Below the pieces are notes generated by a model. That model ran no database searches, was not told the origin of the DNA, and worked only from the letters and a program-made list of their open reading frames with translations. A program made the position numbers and the translations under genes. This document shows positions 23,701 to 34,560 of a DNA stretch of 64,000 nucleotides, piece by piece; the first letter of the stretch is position 1; the number at the start of each line of letters is the position of its first letter. The DNA comes from Stegostoma tigrinum (lineage: Eukaryota): assembly GCF_030684315.1 (NCBI RefSeq), contig NC_081387.1, positions 23,244,647-23,308,646 on the forward strand. Direction: 5' to 3'.

Positions 23701-25854
23701 CTTAAAATGGCCACCCAAGTGGACAGGGTTGTTAAGAAAGCATATGGTGTTTTGGCTTTCATTAACAGGGGGATTGAGTTTAAGAGTCGTGAGATCTTGT
23801 TGCAGCTCTATAAAACTTTGGTTAGACCGCACTTGGAATACTGCGTCCAGTTCTGGGCGCCCTATTGTAGGAAAGATGTGGATGCTTTGGAGAGGGTTCA
23901 GAGGAGGTTTACCAGGATGCTGCCTGGACCTAGAGGGCTTATCTTATGAAGAGAGGTTGACTGAGCTCGGTCTCTTTTCATTGGAGAAAAGGAGGAGGAG
24001 AGGGGACCTAATTGAGGTATACAAGACAATGAGAGGCATAGATAGAGTTGATAGCCAGAGACTATTTCCCAGGGCAGAAATGGCTAGCACGAGAGGTCAT
24101 AGTTTTAAGCTGGTTGGTGGAAAGTATAGAGGGGATGTCAGAGGCAGGTTCTTTACGCAGAGAGTTGTGAGAGCATGGAATGCGTTGCCAGCAGCAGTTG
24201 TGGAAGCAAGGTCATTGGGGTCATTTAAGAGACTGCTGGACATGCATATGGTCACAGAAATTTGAGGGTGTATACATGAGGATCAATGGTCGACACAACA
24301 TTGTGGGCTGAAGGGCCTGTTCTGTGCTGTACTGTTCTATGTTCTATGTTCTATTCCAAACGATGAACAATCCTGCCCTTTTGATTCGAAATGGCTTCCA
24401 TTTTACAAGGATTCTTTGGTGCCACACTTTGTCAAGTACAGCCTTGATCTCAGGTACAGTTGCACTCAGCTTGCCTCTGCATTTCAGCTTTTTGTTCATG
24501 TTTGGAGAAAACCTGCAATAAAGCTTAGAGCAGAGCCATCCTAACAGACTGAAACTGAGCGTCGGTGAGCAGGCTATTGCTAAATTATTCCCCCTTGATA
24601 GCGCAGTCAAAAATATCTTCACTCACTGCAGTGGGCCAGGATTAGACTGAGAGTGCTGTATTTGGTGGAATTGGAAACTGACTCAGGACTGGCCTTCTGT
24701 CTTGGTGGTAAAGTCATGAGATTAAAAAGTGAGGGTGTGAAATTCTGCTGCTCACAGACTGTTGTACCTCAAAGATGTTTGGATTTCAAGATCAGTTTTT
24801 TTTCGAACAACAAAATGAGGCAGAGACTGATGAAAGTACTTTGCAGATGAGTCAACAGCTGTGGTAAAGGGAAGATTAAAGCTTGAGGTTCCAGCAAATG
24901 ACTTTTCATCAGAATATTTTGCATTCTCTGAGTTTTACCAGAACTGACCATTTTATATTTCTGTAACTCCACAGCCACTAAAACTCGAATTTTCATCAAC
25001 TTGAGCTTTGCTCTCTCCAGGCCTGTCAGATGAAATTTTAGAGGCAGCTTTTATCCATCACAACCTTCCCTGCAGCAATCTCTCCTCAAATCTGTTCCTA
25101 TACTTCTGCTATCCCTTTAAAAGACGTCCTGTTGAAATCCTGTTTTTCCCGGTTTGCTTCCTCTCTGTAAAGTGCTTTCAGGCATCTGTCTATCAGCCAG
25201 GAGTGATACAGATTACAAGTTTTTGTTCTCCTGAACATGAGTTTTGTTCCAATAACCCTGCCTTCATTTTGGATTTCAGTCATTAGTTTTGATTGATTTA
25301 ACTGAACCTCTCAGATTTTTCCCTTTCTATTTCCAGTCCCTGTAAATCTGGATGCAGAAACAGCAAACCCAAAGCTTGAGGTATCCAAAGATCGGAAGAA
25401 GGTGAGATTGACCCAGACAGCATTGAGCGTCGACAACAATGAAGAGAGGTTTACAGTCTTGGAATCAGTGCTGGGATCAGAGGAATTTACTTCAGGCTCA
25501 CACTACTGGGAGGTGGATGTGGTGGGGAATCAGCACTGGACTGTGGGAGTAGCCACACTATCTGTGGAGAGGAAGAAAGAAATCCAAGTGAAAGCAGAGA
25601 ATGGTCTGTGGACGATTGGTAGGGCTGGGGATAAATTTCAGGCAAACGCTGAAAATACAATCGATATCCAAGCTGGTGAGGTTCCCACGAAAATTGGTGT
25701 TTATCTCAGTTATGAGACCGGGACTGTTTCATTTTACAGCGCAGATACAAAGATTTACCTGCACACTTTCACTGGATGTGGATTCACAGAGAAACTGTAT
25801 CCTTTCTTCAGTACAACAGTCTGTAACACGTGGCTGAGAATCTGCCCAGTTTAA
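2424..25854 (+). CDS. Butyrophilin-like (BTN/BTNL family) gene, 7 visible coding exons: join(2424..2771,5695..5979,10599..10718,11403..11435,17739..17765,19126..19152,25337..25854); about 452 aa without leader
   Basis: All exons have AG/GT boundaries, all introns are phase 1, and the join is open to TAA at 25852-25854. Domain order IgV-IgC-TM-short juxtamembrane exons-B30.2 is the butyrophilin architecture. Orthology cannot be assigned by eye. Confidence 0.92.
5312..5444. mobile_element. Old Penelope-like terminal fragment with degenerate hammerhead motif
   Basis: CTGATGA-g-GAGTC-acca-GACTC-caagcgtt at 5345-5374, preceded by an inverted tail piece; imperfect flanking repeat gatccctttattatc / gattcctttgtgatc. 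Confidence 0.55.
5695..5979 (+). CDS. BTN-like exon: IgC domain (285 bp; 282 bp if the second AG of TAGCAG is used)
   Basis: [35 protein letters not shown]...[21 protein letters not shown]; C-x-S-x-GWFP-x-P motif typical of BTN IgC; donor G|gtcagt at 5980. Confidence 0.93.
6205..9490 (+). mobile_element. Decayed near full-length non-LTR retrotransposon (APE + RT, CR1/L2-group-like, no visible ORF1) with tRNA-like 5' head
   Basis: APE motifs ([28 protein letters not shown]) and RT motifs ([38 protein letters not shown]); many stops and frameshifts; A-rich 3' end near 9485. Confidence 0.85.
6658..6683 (+). repeat. Poly-G run (about 26 G)
   Basis: Seen directly, within the LINE endonuclease start. 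Confidence 0.9.
10030..10290 (-). mobile_element. Decayed tRNA-headed SINE (same family as 13645-13985)
   Basis: Reverse complement of the aaaacccatctg...tccttc...cctggcctggcctac body. Confidence 0.6.
10599..10718 (+). CDS. BTN-like exon: transmembrane segment (120 bp)
   Basis: ttgcag|AT GAC TTC TTC CCA gives [40 protein letters not shown]; FFP..S.W start plus hydrophobic stretch; donor G|gtacag. Confidence 0.9.
10958..11098. mobile_element. Miniature inverted (hairpin) Penelope-end insertion in BTN intron
   Basis: Two inverted copies of the Penelope 3' end; TSD attgttttcaa at 10947-10957 and 11099-11109. Confidence 0.85.
11403..11435 (+). CDS. BTN-like juxtamembrane micro-exon 1 (33 bp, [11 protein letters not shown])
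   Basis: Pyrimidine tract tttctttcag| and donor G|gtaaga; phase 1-1, keeps frame. Confidence 0.75.
12150..15860 (+). mobile_element. Decayed CR1 LINE (ORF1 esterase C-terminus + ORF2), interrupted by a SINE
   Basis: VNAWLRSWC (ORF1), then APE and RT remnants ([28 protein letters not shown]) and CR1 3' UTR. Confidence 0.85.
13645..13985 (+). mobile_element. tRNA-headed bipartite SINE
   Basis: A box tggtgcagtgg (13647) and B box gggttcaaatcc (13708); body matches 6205-6500 and tail matches 9415-9480. Confidence 0.8.
15890..16140 (-). mobile_element. Decayed copy of the same tRNA-headed SINE
   Basis: ggcagttaagag...acattgctg...ggagctgcttgtaggtcag is the reverse complement of the SINE body. 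Confidence 0.55.
16958..17300 (+). mobile_element. Young HER1/CR1 3' fragment
   Basis: Near-identical to 24018-24352; (ttctatg)n tail. Confidence 0.9.
17739..17765 (+). CDS. BTN-like juxtamembrane micro-exon 2 (27 bp, GRWKSVSDS)
   Basis: tttctatttttag| ... CAG|gtacgg; phase 1-1, keeps frame. Confidence 0.65.
19126..19152 (+). CDS. BTN-like juxtamembrane micro-exon 3 (27 bp, DWKNISKCK)
   Basis: Long pyrimidine tract ...gatttcag| and AAG|gtaagg; a short Trp-containing exon just before B30.2 is typical of BTN/TRIM genes. Confidence 0.8.
21511..24352 (+). mobile_element. Young 5'-truncated CR1/HER1 LINE with almost complete ORF2 (APE + RT)
   Basis: [25 protein letters not shown]; [38 protein letters not shown]. 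Only two stops (21820, 23281) and one frameshift near 23930; (gttctat)n tail. Confidence 0.95.
25337..25854 (+). CDS. BTN-like terminal exon: B30.2 (PRY-SPRY) domain
   Basis: ttccag|TC CCT GTA gives [23 protein letters not shown]...ERF...[18 protein letters not shown]...WTVGVA...[16 protein letters not shown]...HTFT...FTEKLYPFF...LRICPV*. Confidence 0.95.
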
Positions 25855-26121
25855 CATTGTTTCTGTGAAAAGTTTCTAACCTGAAGGTTTCTACAAAGTA
25901 TTTTACAGTTTAACAGGAAAAAAGGGACCTAGAATCATGCCATTTTACAAAACGCTGTCTGATTGTCTGAGCTTTTAAGTGATGTAATATGCATTTGATC
26001 AGATTCACAGAGAGGAGGTGGTTTCCCTCCATGTAAACCACTGATAGGCCAGGGATTGTCTTACTTTGGAGAAGAGGAGGAGGAGGAGAGGGGACCTAAT
26101 TGAGGTGTACAATTGAGGTAT

Positions 26122-26334
26122 CCCCTGAGAAAAAGAACAGGAAATGACATCGCCAACCCAAGGTAACCTAACCAGATAAATATAAAGTGGGACATAACAC
26201 CAGCGCTTTTTCGGAGGCTCACTGATGATGTTACCTAGAATGGTGACGAAACGTCTGAAAACTAACCTTCCAGCTCAGCGAGCAAACTCACATCCAGAAC
26301 CTCAACCTGAGCTACAAATCTTCTCAAAACTCGC
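26122..26334 (+). mobile_element. Solo Penelope-like terminal-repeat fragment (second family) with hammerhead motif
   Basis: TSD tgaggtat at 26114-26121 and 26335-26342; TATAAA at 26181; HHR core inside. Penelope origin is inferred from the motif type. Confidence 0.7.
26213..26271 (+). ncRNA. Minimal type I hammerhead ribozyme motif
   Basis: tca-CTGATGA-t-GTTACC-tagaat-GGTGAC-GAAA-CGTC-tga: intact core, 6-bp stem II, palindromic ACGT in place of stem III, stem I tca/tga extended by ggagg/cttcc. Confidence 0.8.
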
Positions 26335-26707
26335 TGAGGTATACAAGATAATGAGAGGCATAGATAGAGTTGATAGCCAGAGACTATTTCCCAGGGCAGA
26401 AATGGCTAACACGAGGGGTCATAGTTTTAAGCTGTTTGTAGGAAAGTATAGAGGGGATGTCAGAGGCGGGTTCTTTACACAGGGAGTTGTGAGAGCATGG
26501 AATGCGTTGCCAGCAGCAGTTGTGGAAGCAAGGTCATTGGAGACATTTAAGAGACTGCTGGACATGCATATGGTCACAGAAATTTGAGGGTGCATACATG
26601 AGGATCAATGGTCGGCACAACATCGTGGGCTGAAGGGCCTGTTCTGTACTGTACTGTTCTATGTTCTATGTTCTAGATGGATTTGTCATCCACCTGCTCC
26701 CAGGGGA

Positions 26708-27005
26708 GCTGATGGCCGAGTGGTTTTATCATTAGACTGTTAATCCAGAGACCCAGATAATGTTCAATTTTTTTCTGAAAAGTCTGGAAGTCAGAGTCTA
26801 ATAATGACCATAAATCCATTGTCAATTGGTGTAAAAACCCATCTGGTTCACTAATGTCCTTTAGGGAAGGATAGTGCCCTCCTTACCTGGTCTGGCCGAC
26901 ATGTGACCCCAGACCCACAGCAATGTGGTTGACTCTGAACTGCCGTCTGGGCAATAAATGCTACCCTGGTCTACAATGTGCTCGACCCATAAATTAATAA
27001 GTAAA
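26708..27005 (+). mobile_element. tRNA-headed bipartite SINE copy
   Basis: A box tggccgagtgg at 26713-26723; body as 13645-13985; AATAAA at 26953. Confidence 0.8.
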
Positions 27006-27221
27006 ATAAAAAGATTATTCTGGAATCCATGTTACCAGAGACTTCACTGTTTCAACTGAGTCTTAGGATTGGATAATGTGACCTGTCCCTCAGTCTGGAA
27101 TCAGATGAGGGTCAGCGCTACAATATACTTGAACAGTAAATGAGCTGGATTTTGATGTGTAGAATGAGTACCTGATGTGGGAAGCAATGTCATACTTAGC
27201 AAAAGATTTGAAATGAATTTG

Positions 27222-27325
27222 AGACAAAATAGAAACTGTTGGTATAGCTCAGCAGGTCTGGCAGTATCTGTGGAAAGAAATCAGAGTTAATGTTTCAGGT
27301 CGAGTGACTGCTTTCCTTCAGGGTG
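27222..27325 (-). mobile_element. Old Penelope-like terminal fragment with degenerate HHR
   Basis: Minus strand reads ctgaaggaaagcagtcactcgacctGAAAcattaactctg...cagatactgccagacctgctgag; related to 5345-5440. Confidence 0.5.
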
Positions 27326-30300
27326 CAGTGAGTATGTAGCTAATGGTTCATGTGCTTTACTCTACAGCTTTTGTTCTTTCGAGTTAAGTTTATGTGTACA
27401 AAATGGATAAATGTAAAACAAAGTGCATCTTCAATTCCATTACACCTGAAAGGTTAGGGCAATGTTTCTTTTAACATCTCCAAATGTATGATCATGAAAA
27501 AATGTGGAATTGCTTGGCTGGAGAGGCAGAGATTTAGTGGTGAAGCTGCTTGCAAAGAAATAGAGTTGAGGGAGATGTTTTTATCTGTAATTTAGAGCTA
27601 AATTATGATACAAGTTTTACAGAAATCTGGTCTGAGAAGAAATTGTAGAGGAAGAATCCTCAAGAGATCAGTGTGACTATAGCCCAGGACAGGTTACATC
27701 ATCATGCTCCTGGGGAGAGCTTAAGGAGATTTTCTGGTTTAAATTTCTTTTTGCTGAGGGAGGTGGTTAGTTGTAGTTTGGAACTGGGAGTGTTGCAGAA
27801 AAGAAATGGCTTCCAGCAACACAAGTACCGTCATTCGCAGTCTCTAGGTAGTTCGGTCCCAGAGAGTGTGGCTCCAAACCTTTTGAAAAGGGGTTAAAAG
27901 ACAGAAGCCCAGTGCAGCTGAGTGTGGGATGAAGGAAGTTCACAAAAAGTTTTTGCTTCTGAGGCTGGACCTTGAAGAGTGAAGATTCGGACTCCCTTGT
28001 GAAGGAAACAAAATTTTGTGACACAAGGCGGTCACTAATATCTGGATGGGTTCCCGAGAAATCTACAGACCTTGTTGTGGTTGTATCTGCCATTCACAGT
28101 GCAGAATATCGGGGAGCCGAGCACGATTTGTTTGTGAACTCGGGGTTACTAAGTTAATTCTGAATGTTCAAGTGTGAGTTTTTTAAAAAGACAGACATAG
28201 CCTACTCCGTGTCCTGTTTTCCAGTTAATACTGCCTGAACTGGTGCTTATCTCCATGTTCTGCTACTTTTGTTCAACTGTACGAAGCATTTTGCTTTTCC
28301 TTGCACAGTGTGAATTGTATAATTGAATATTATGACTGCGATGGGACAATGAGCACGAATAGTCAAGCCTCATGACTCCTCCAGTGACATCATTTGTACA
28401 AATGGAAAATACCCATTTGCTTCTCCTTTGTATTTCTAATAAACATAAAAGAAACATCACCGGGCTTCATTGCTGTGCTCACATCATTTGTTTACTGTCG
28501 CTCAGTCTCAGTCAGGGACTGTATGGATAAGTGAGCCCCAGGGTTCCACAAACCATCACAAATGTGTAAATACCCAATTAAATCACCAAGATGCCCAATT
28601 TGTCGAACTGACTCTGATTCAGGTTAAAATTAATTCACACCAGGGTTTGTCCCAATAGGAAAAATAACCATTTATTGTAAACCAACTTCATGTTTTCGAA
28701 GTGACAAAAGAAAAATAGATTTCCCATTTCCTGCAATGTGGGTTAAGTTGCATCCCTCTTTGTGAATGTTTGTTTCTTTTCTCCGCAATGGACCTCAGTC
28801 TTTTTCAGTCATGGAATTCTTCCTTCACAAATTTCTTGATTGTCTTTTCCACTCACAGTGAAAAAGGAAGGGAACTGTTTCTTTCCTGCAGGCTTTTGAA
28901 ACTCTCGCGACGATGAGGGAGAAACTTTCTCTTTTCAGGGCTTAGGGTGTCTCACACAGCAAAGGGAGAGGGAGCTATTCCCTTGCTCGGGCTTCCGATA
29001 TCTCCCTGGCTGCATTACACACAGGACCAATCAGAAAGCTGCTGTCAAGCAGCTGTTCTTTACTCAAATGAAGATTTTGAGGCAATGTAACAATCTCCCT
29101 TGTCCTAAACGAATTAGCAATGTGTAAAGCTTTCGACAGGTGCCATTAAATTTGCACATTGCTGTGCGGAGGAAATATGAGGATGGTTTGCAATGTCCAA
29201 ATTCCATTCCAGTTGCACTTCAGAAGAAAAATATATAGTCTTTGCATTATGAATAAAACTTACTCTTGATTTGGAAATATATTGCCATTCCATTATCTTG
29301 TCTGGTTCAGAATTCCTGGGGTTTGCTCCCTGGTATCTGTGTCTTCTACAGCGTATGGACTGCAATGAGTCAAGAAAACAGCACCACCTTCTCAAGGGCA
29401 GTGAGGCCAAGGGGATAAATGTGAGCTCAGGGAGCAACACCCACGTCCCATCAGTCCCTTTAGAAAGAAAAGGGCAAACTCTGGTGAGCACCGAAACTGT
29501 GATCTGGAATTAAATTTACACTGCACAATCCCACACAAGGACCCATAAAAACACAACAAATCTCTTTTGGAAACGATAGGATTTTAGAAAGAGAAAGGGA
29601 AAGGACATTTGCTGGATTTGGATGGACACAATAAAATGTGATGAACACTCACACTGGCTGAATTTCTTGCTGATGAAGCTGAATCTCTGACAGCTGCAGA
29701 TTGATGATAAATGTTCGGTTCTGATTCCAGTCAAGTTGGATTCAAATTCTTGAGAATTGGACACAGTCAACGACTTCAGGTTTGACCGAGGAGTTCTCAA
29801 TAACAGGATTCCAGGTGTCTGTAGCTTCTGGAATATCTGCTTCATTCACTGACTGCTGGATCTGCAAAACCAAACTCTGGGCCAGATTTTCAAATGAGAA
29901 GCAATCACACATGGATTGCCATTCCACTCCTTCCTTTTAATGTAAGGGAAGATCTTCCCATTTTTAACAGGAGAGTCCCATCAGGGCACCTTCAGAAATG
30001 TAGAGCTGTATTAACATTCTGACAGGCCCTTCATAGTTCGGAATAGTTTGGGGATGATGTGAGGATCAGGTGTCAGGTTGGCAGGGGCCCATGTTGGAAA
30101 GGTGCCAGATAAGAAATGGTGCTAAAATTCTGACCATTTACTTTAATATTGAAGTAAAGCTCTTCAGGTGACAAGGTTTACATCCTGCAGCACCGTTGTA
30201 GGTTCGTGACATTTGCCACTTGTGTTCAAAGTTGACTGAGTGACAGATTCCTTCAAATTAGTGACTGACTCATACAAATGTGCATAACTCTTTAACGGAA

Positions 30301-30779
30301 AGAACCAGCTCAAGGCCTTCACAGAGGCATTACAGGATAAAATATGACATTTAGCCACCTCAAAGATGAGATTCCCCGAAGCTTCATTAAAGAGAGAAGT
30401 TTTACTGCATCTCTCAAATCCCATCTCAGCCATGATCTCATGAAATGGTGGAACAGGCTTGAGGGATGAATGGCCAGCTCCTGTTCCTAGGGACAGGCAT
30501 TAAATGCTGGCCAGGGAGTGATGACCACGTCCCACGTGTAAGTAAATAAAATTCCTACGTGTTTCAGGAAGAAAGCTCTGTAAGCCTTCATGGAATGTAT
30601 CTTCCAGCAAGTACTTGCATGAAGTGTAAATGTGATGGACCCAAACCCACAATAAAGATGCTTATAGAATCACCACAACACAATGGAGCTCTATGAAAGC
30701 TCAAGGCATCAAACCTCATCTTTCAATTGAGGCTTTACAACCTTCATACTCAACATTCACTCCAACAATTCCATCCCAG

Positions 30780-31180
30780 GAGGAGAGGGGATGGGGACTG
30801 GAGATTGGGAGGGAAGGAGAATAGAGAGAATTGGGGACGGTGGTGAGAAGGGAGAGGGGAGGGAAATGAGTTTAGAGGAGAGGAGGGTGAGAGAGGAGAG
30901 GGGCGTGGAGAGGATGATGAGAGTGGAGAAGGGGATAGAAGGGAAGGGTGATTGAGGATATTAGGGAGGATGGTGAGAGAGGAGAGTGGATGAATAGAGC
31001 ACAAAGAGTGACAAAGGAGAAGGTGGGATGAGAGGAATGTTTGGCATGGGGAGGTTGAGGGAAGTTGGCAGACGGGAGTGTGGTGGGAGAGGAGAGGAAT
31101 GTGGAAAGTGGGGGAAAGGCGGATGAAGTGAGATGGGAGAGAAGGAAAGGGAGGGACAGGGATTGTGAGGGAATGGAGAG
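30780..31180 (+). repeat. GA-rich polypurine low-complexity tract
   Basis: About 400 bp dominated by G/A (ggagag, gaggga). Confidence 0.85.
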
Positions 31181-31289
31181 GCCCGGCTGCAGCTTTCTGA
31201 CCCTGGGGGAGAAGAGTTACTTTCTCTAGGCCAGACGCTCCGAGAGCAGCCGAGCACCAAGAATCTGGAAGCGAAGGAGCAGCACTCAG

Positions 31290-31700
31290 TGAGTGAACTC
31301 TGAAAGTGAAAGGTCTCCGTGTGGGAGGGAGGTGCAAACTTCCACTTTACTCTTTACACACCTGTCCGGGAAAAGGCGGAAAATGTTCGATCAGATTGTG
31401 GGAAAGTTAGAGGTGAGTCCCGAACCCTCTTTAATTTCAGGAAGGGCTCATTCCCAGTGGGATCGGGTGGATTTTATTCCTGCTGAAAGATCCCAATCAA
31501 ATCCAAGGAGTTAAACGGGAAGCCGCTGGGGATTGTGCAGTGAAAAGGTGAAACCTTTCTCCAGTGTCTCTGATCAGCTGCACAGAGCCTGGAGCTGGTT
31601 CCTGTCAGTATAAGGGAACAGGAGGGAGAGGCAATGTGTAACATTCACTTCTCAGGGTCAGACACAGCGACTGGAAAGGGAGGCGGAAGTGAAAAGGAGG
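31290..31700 (+). promoter_or_regulatory. Candidate IRF/ETS-regulated promoter and short first exon, copy A
   Basis: ISRE-like GAAAGTGAAAG at 31302-31312; donor GAG|GTGAGT at 31413; ETS-IRF composite GGAAGTGAAA at 31685-31694; sequence does not look TE-derived. Confidence 0.55.
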
Positions 31701-32239
31701 AACAGAGTGAGGGCCATGAGATGGAACATGACCCACTGGGGTTTCTGTTTAAAGGCAAATAATTCAATCCTGGAGACAGTTGTGTGTTCTCATCCCCGGG
31801 AACAGACCTTTGAAGCAGAAAGTTAATGTTCAGCCATTCCTCCATCCACATTGATTGCAGTTTGCTGCTTTGTTTAAGTCGGGTCTTTAAAGAGTATTGA
31901 TGCGCTAACTTTCCCTTCCCCTGTGTAAATATTTAATTTGTACATTTTAGAGAGATGGACAAGGGAAGCGAGGATACTGTGAGGTAAAACACTTTCACAC
32001 AGCGAGTAGTTCGAGCCTGGAATGTGCTGCCTCGAAATTTGGTGGAGGCAGGCTCAGTTGGGGAATTGGGGAGAGTATGAGATGGTGTTTTGGATGGTAA
32101 TGGTGTGCAGGGATATGGGGGAAAGGCAGGAGATTGGCCCTAGATCATAGACCCAGACACAATGTTGGAGATGGTGCAGGCACGATGGGCAGAATGGCCT
32201 CCCTCTGCATCAGCATCATTCTGTGACTGTGTGAAGTTT

Positions 32240-32850
32240 GAGCCGATCTATTCACACAGACCATCTCCGAGAGCCTCCCCTTCCTCAGGGACAGCATTGC
32301 CCATGTGAGGGTCAGGGGCTGTGGGCACTTGCCTCATCTGCCTGGTCCAGGAGAAAGGCCTTTGACAGAATCTCCCGCGCTGACAGGTTGGACACACTCT
32401 GTAACATGGGGTTTGGCGGGTGGGGGAAGCTGCACTTGGATAGAACCGTCCCACACAAACAGCAGTGACCCAGTTGCCATCAGTGGGTGGGAATCAGAAA
32501 GCTGTCCCAGCCAGGCAGGGCTGCCCTCTCTCCCCTGTCCTCCAGGTGTGTTGTATAGGGTCTTTTCCTAAATCCCATCACCCCCAGGATGGTCTCAGGT
32601 TGTGGAGGCACTGAGGTAAATATCTCCCTGCACGTAGACCCCATCACTGTCTCCAGCTTGGATTCACTGTCAGTGTAAAGACTGGGTTAATATCTCTGAC
32701 CAGTTCAAACTGGCCTCAGGAACCAACATGAATCTGAGGAAGAACGAGGGCCATGTTCTTTGCAAACTGGCTGAGAGATCCTTGTTCCCTTCACTGTCAG
32801 GGCAGATTGCTTAAATGTGCAGGGAATTTTATTCCAAGAGACTGGGGTGT
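32240..32850 (+). mobile_element. Decayed Tx1/L1-clade RT fragment
   Basis: Remnants of QEKAFDRIS, MGFG..WI and RQGCPLSP in shifting frames. Confidence 0.5.
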
Positions 32851-34259
32851 GTGCTAAAACTGGGAATGAGTCGCTCTGGACAAAGTGAAACAGAGTGTGT
32901 GAAAGGAACACTCCCTCTCGGTTGTGGGTAAGAAGCTGGTCATTATGTGTGGTGTGGTCTCAGTGTTGTGCCCTGACAGCAGCTCCGGGCCGCTCCTCAC
33001 TCCCACATCACCGCCATCACCCAGGCTGCTGTCCTTTTGACTGGGAGGACACAGATGCACTGTGTTCACTGGGATATGATGTACAGACCTATTGATAAAG
33101 CGGGGAACAATGGACCCAACATCCTCTGTTCATGCTCATGTACAGCCTCCAACATGGACTCTTAGCTTGTTAAACAGCTTTTTGTATATTACCCCATCAA
33201 ATGCCTCCTGGAAATCCAAATATATTACATATTACATCCCCCCCCTTTATCTATCCTGCCTGTTACCTGTGCAAGGAATTCCTGTACATTTGACAGGCAT
33301 GATTCCAGCTTGATGAAGCCATGCTGATTCTGATTGGCCATACTGTGTATTTCTAAATACTCTGACACTACGTCCTTTCTAACAGATTCTACCAGTATCC
33401 CAAAAGCAAATGTTCAGTTAATTGATCTATAATATGTTTTTTAGCTTTCTGCCTTTTTTGAACAAGAACATTCTTTGACAGTTTTCTGCCTCTCTGTACT
33501 TCTTCAGAATCAAAGAATTCCTGGAAGATGTGCATCCCCTGTCGTTGTGACGTATTCTTTTAATATTCTAAGATGCATCCTGTCACATCCATGGTACTTA
33601 TCAGCTTCTAGTGCCATGAGTTTCCTCTCATGATCGTTACTGTATTAATTCCTTTCTTCCTTTTACCCCTTGTATATTTAGTCACTTTGGATGCTAATAA
33701 TGTCTTCCTGTCTGAGGACTGATGCTAAGTTTTTCTTCAGCTTGCCTGCTTTTTCCTCGTTCTCAATTTTTTGTCCCCATCCTCATTCTCTCAGGGCCCG
33801 ATGTTTGCCTTGGCCACTCCCCTCTCTTTTATATATTTAGAGAAGCTTTTGCTGTCCATCATGGTATGACTTTCAATTTCACCCGGAAAGTTTATTTTTC
33901 TCTGTCTTTATTTTATATCAACCATTTTTAGTTGAAGTTTAAAAATTTTCCAATTATCTGGCCTGATGTTTGCTGCATTGTATGTTTTTCTTTGAATTGA
34001 TGTTTAATTTCTCTTTCCGAGAATCCTTTCTGATTGATTGATTGGTTTATTTTCACATGCACCGAAGTACAGTGAAAAGTTTTGTGTCCGAGCAGTACAG
34101 GTAGACAATATGCTTTCAATGGTGCATCTGTAGAAGTTGGTGGACGACCTTATGGACATCCCAAATTTCCTGACCCGCCTGAGGAAGAAGAGGGTTGTTG
34201 TGCATTTTTGTCCGTGGCATCTATATGGGGAGACCTGCACAGGTCATCGGTTGATAGAA

Positions 34260-34560
34260 TGCCGAGAGTGTGGAAACAGGTCCTATGGCCCAACAAGTCC
34301 ACACCGACCCTCAGAGCATCCACCCAGAGCCGTTCCCCTATAACCCACATAATCTACACATCCCTGAGCACGAAGGACAATTTAACATGGCTGATCCACC
34401 GAGCCTGCACAATTTGGGCTGTGGGAGGGAACCGCAGCACCTGGAGGAAACCCACGCAGACACAGGGAGAATGTGCAAACTCTACCCAGACAGTTGTCCC
34501 AGGGTGGAGTTGAACCCGGGTCCCTGGCACTGTGGGGCAGCAGTGCTAACCACTGAGCCA
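34260..34560 (-). mobile_element. HE1-type SINE (duplicate at 60283-60583)
   Basis: tggctcagtggttagcactgctgcc...ccgggttcaactcc on the minus strand. Confidence 0.85.

Larger units (their letters stand above)
26063..26675 (+). mobile_element. HER1/CR1 3' fragment interrupted by a 213-bp insertion
   Basis: Matches about 23980-24352 on both sides of the insert. Confidence 0.88.

Noticed and set aside
27560-29110. Possible solo LTR-like segments
   Set aside because: No TG...CA ends, TSD or partner repeat could be identified by eye.
30750-31337. Pro/Ser-rich 195-aa minus-strand ORF, and His/Thr-rich ORFs at 49992-50774
   Set aside because: These are translations of low-complexity GA and CA tracts.
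31951-31983. Possible 33-nt second exon (ttttag|AGAGAT...GTGAG|gtaaaa) in frame with exon A
   Set aside because: It overlaps a decayed CR1 3' fragment, the donor is weak and is absent in copy B; unsupported without RNA data.
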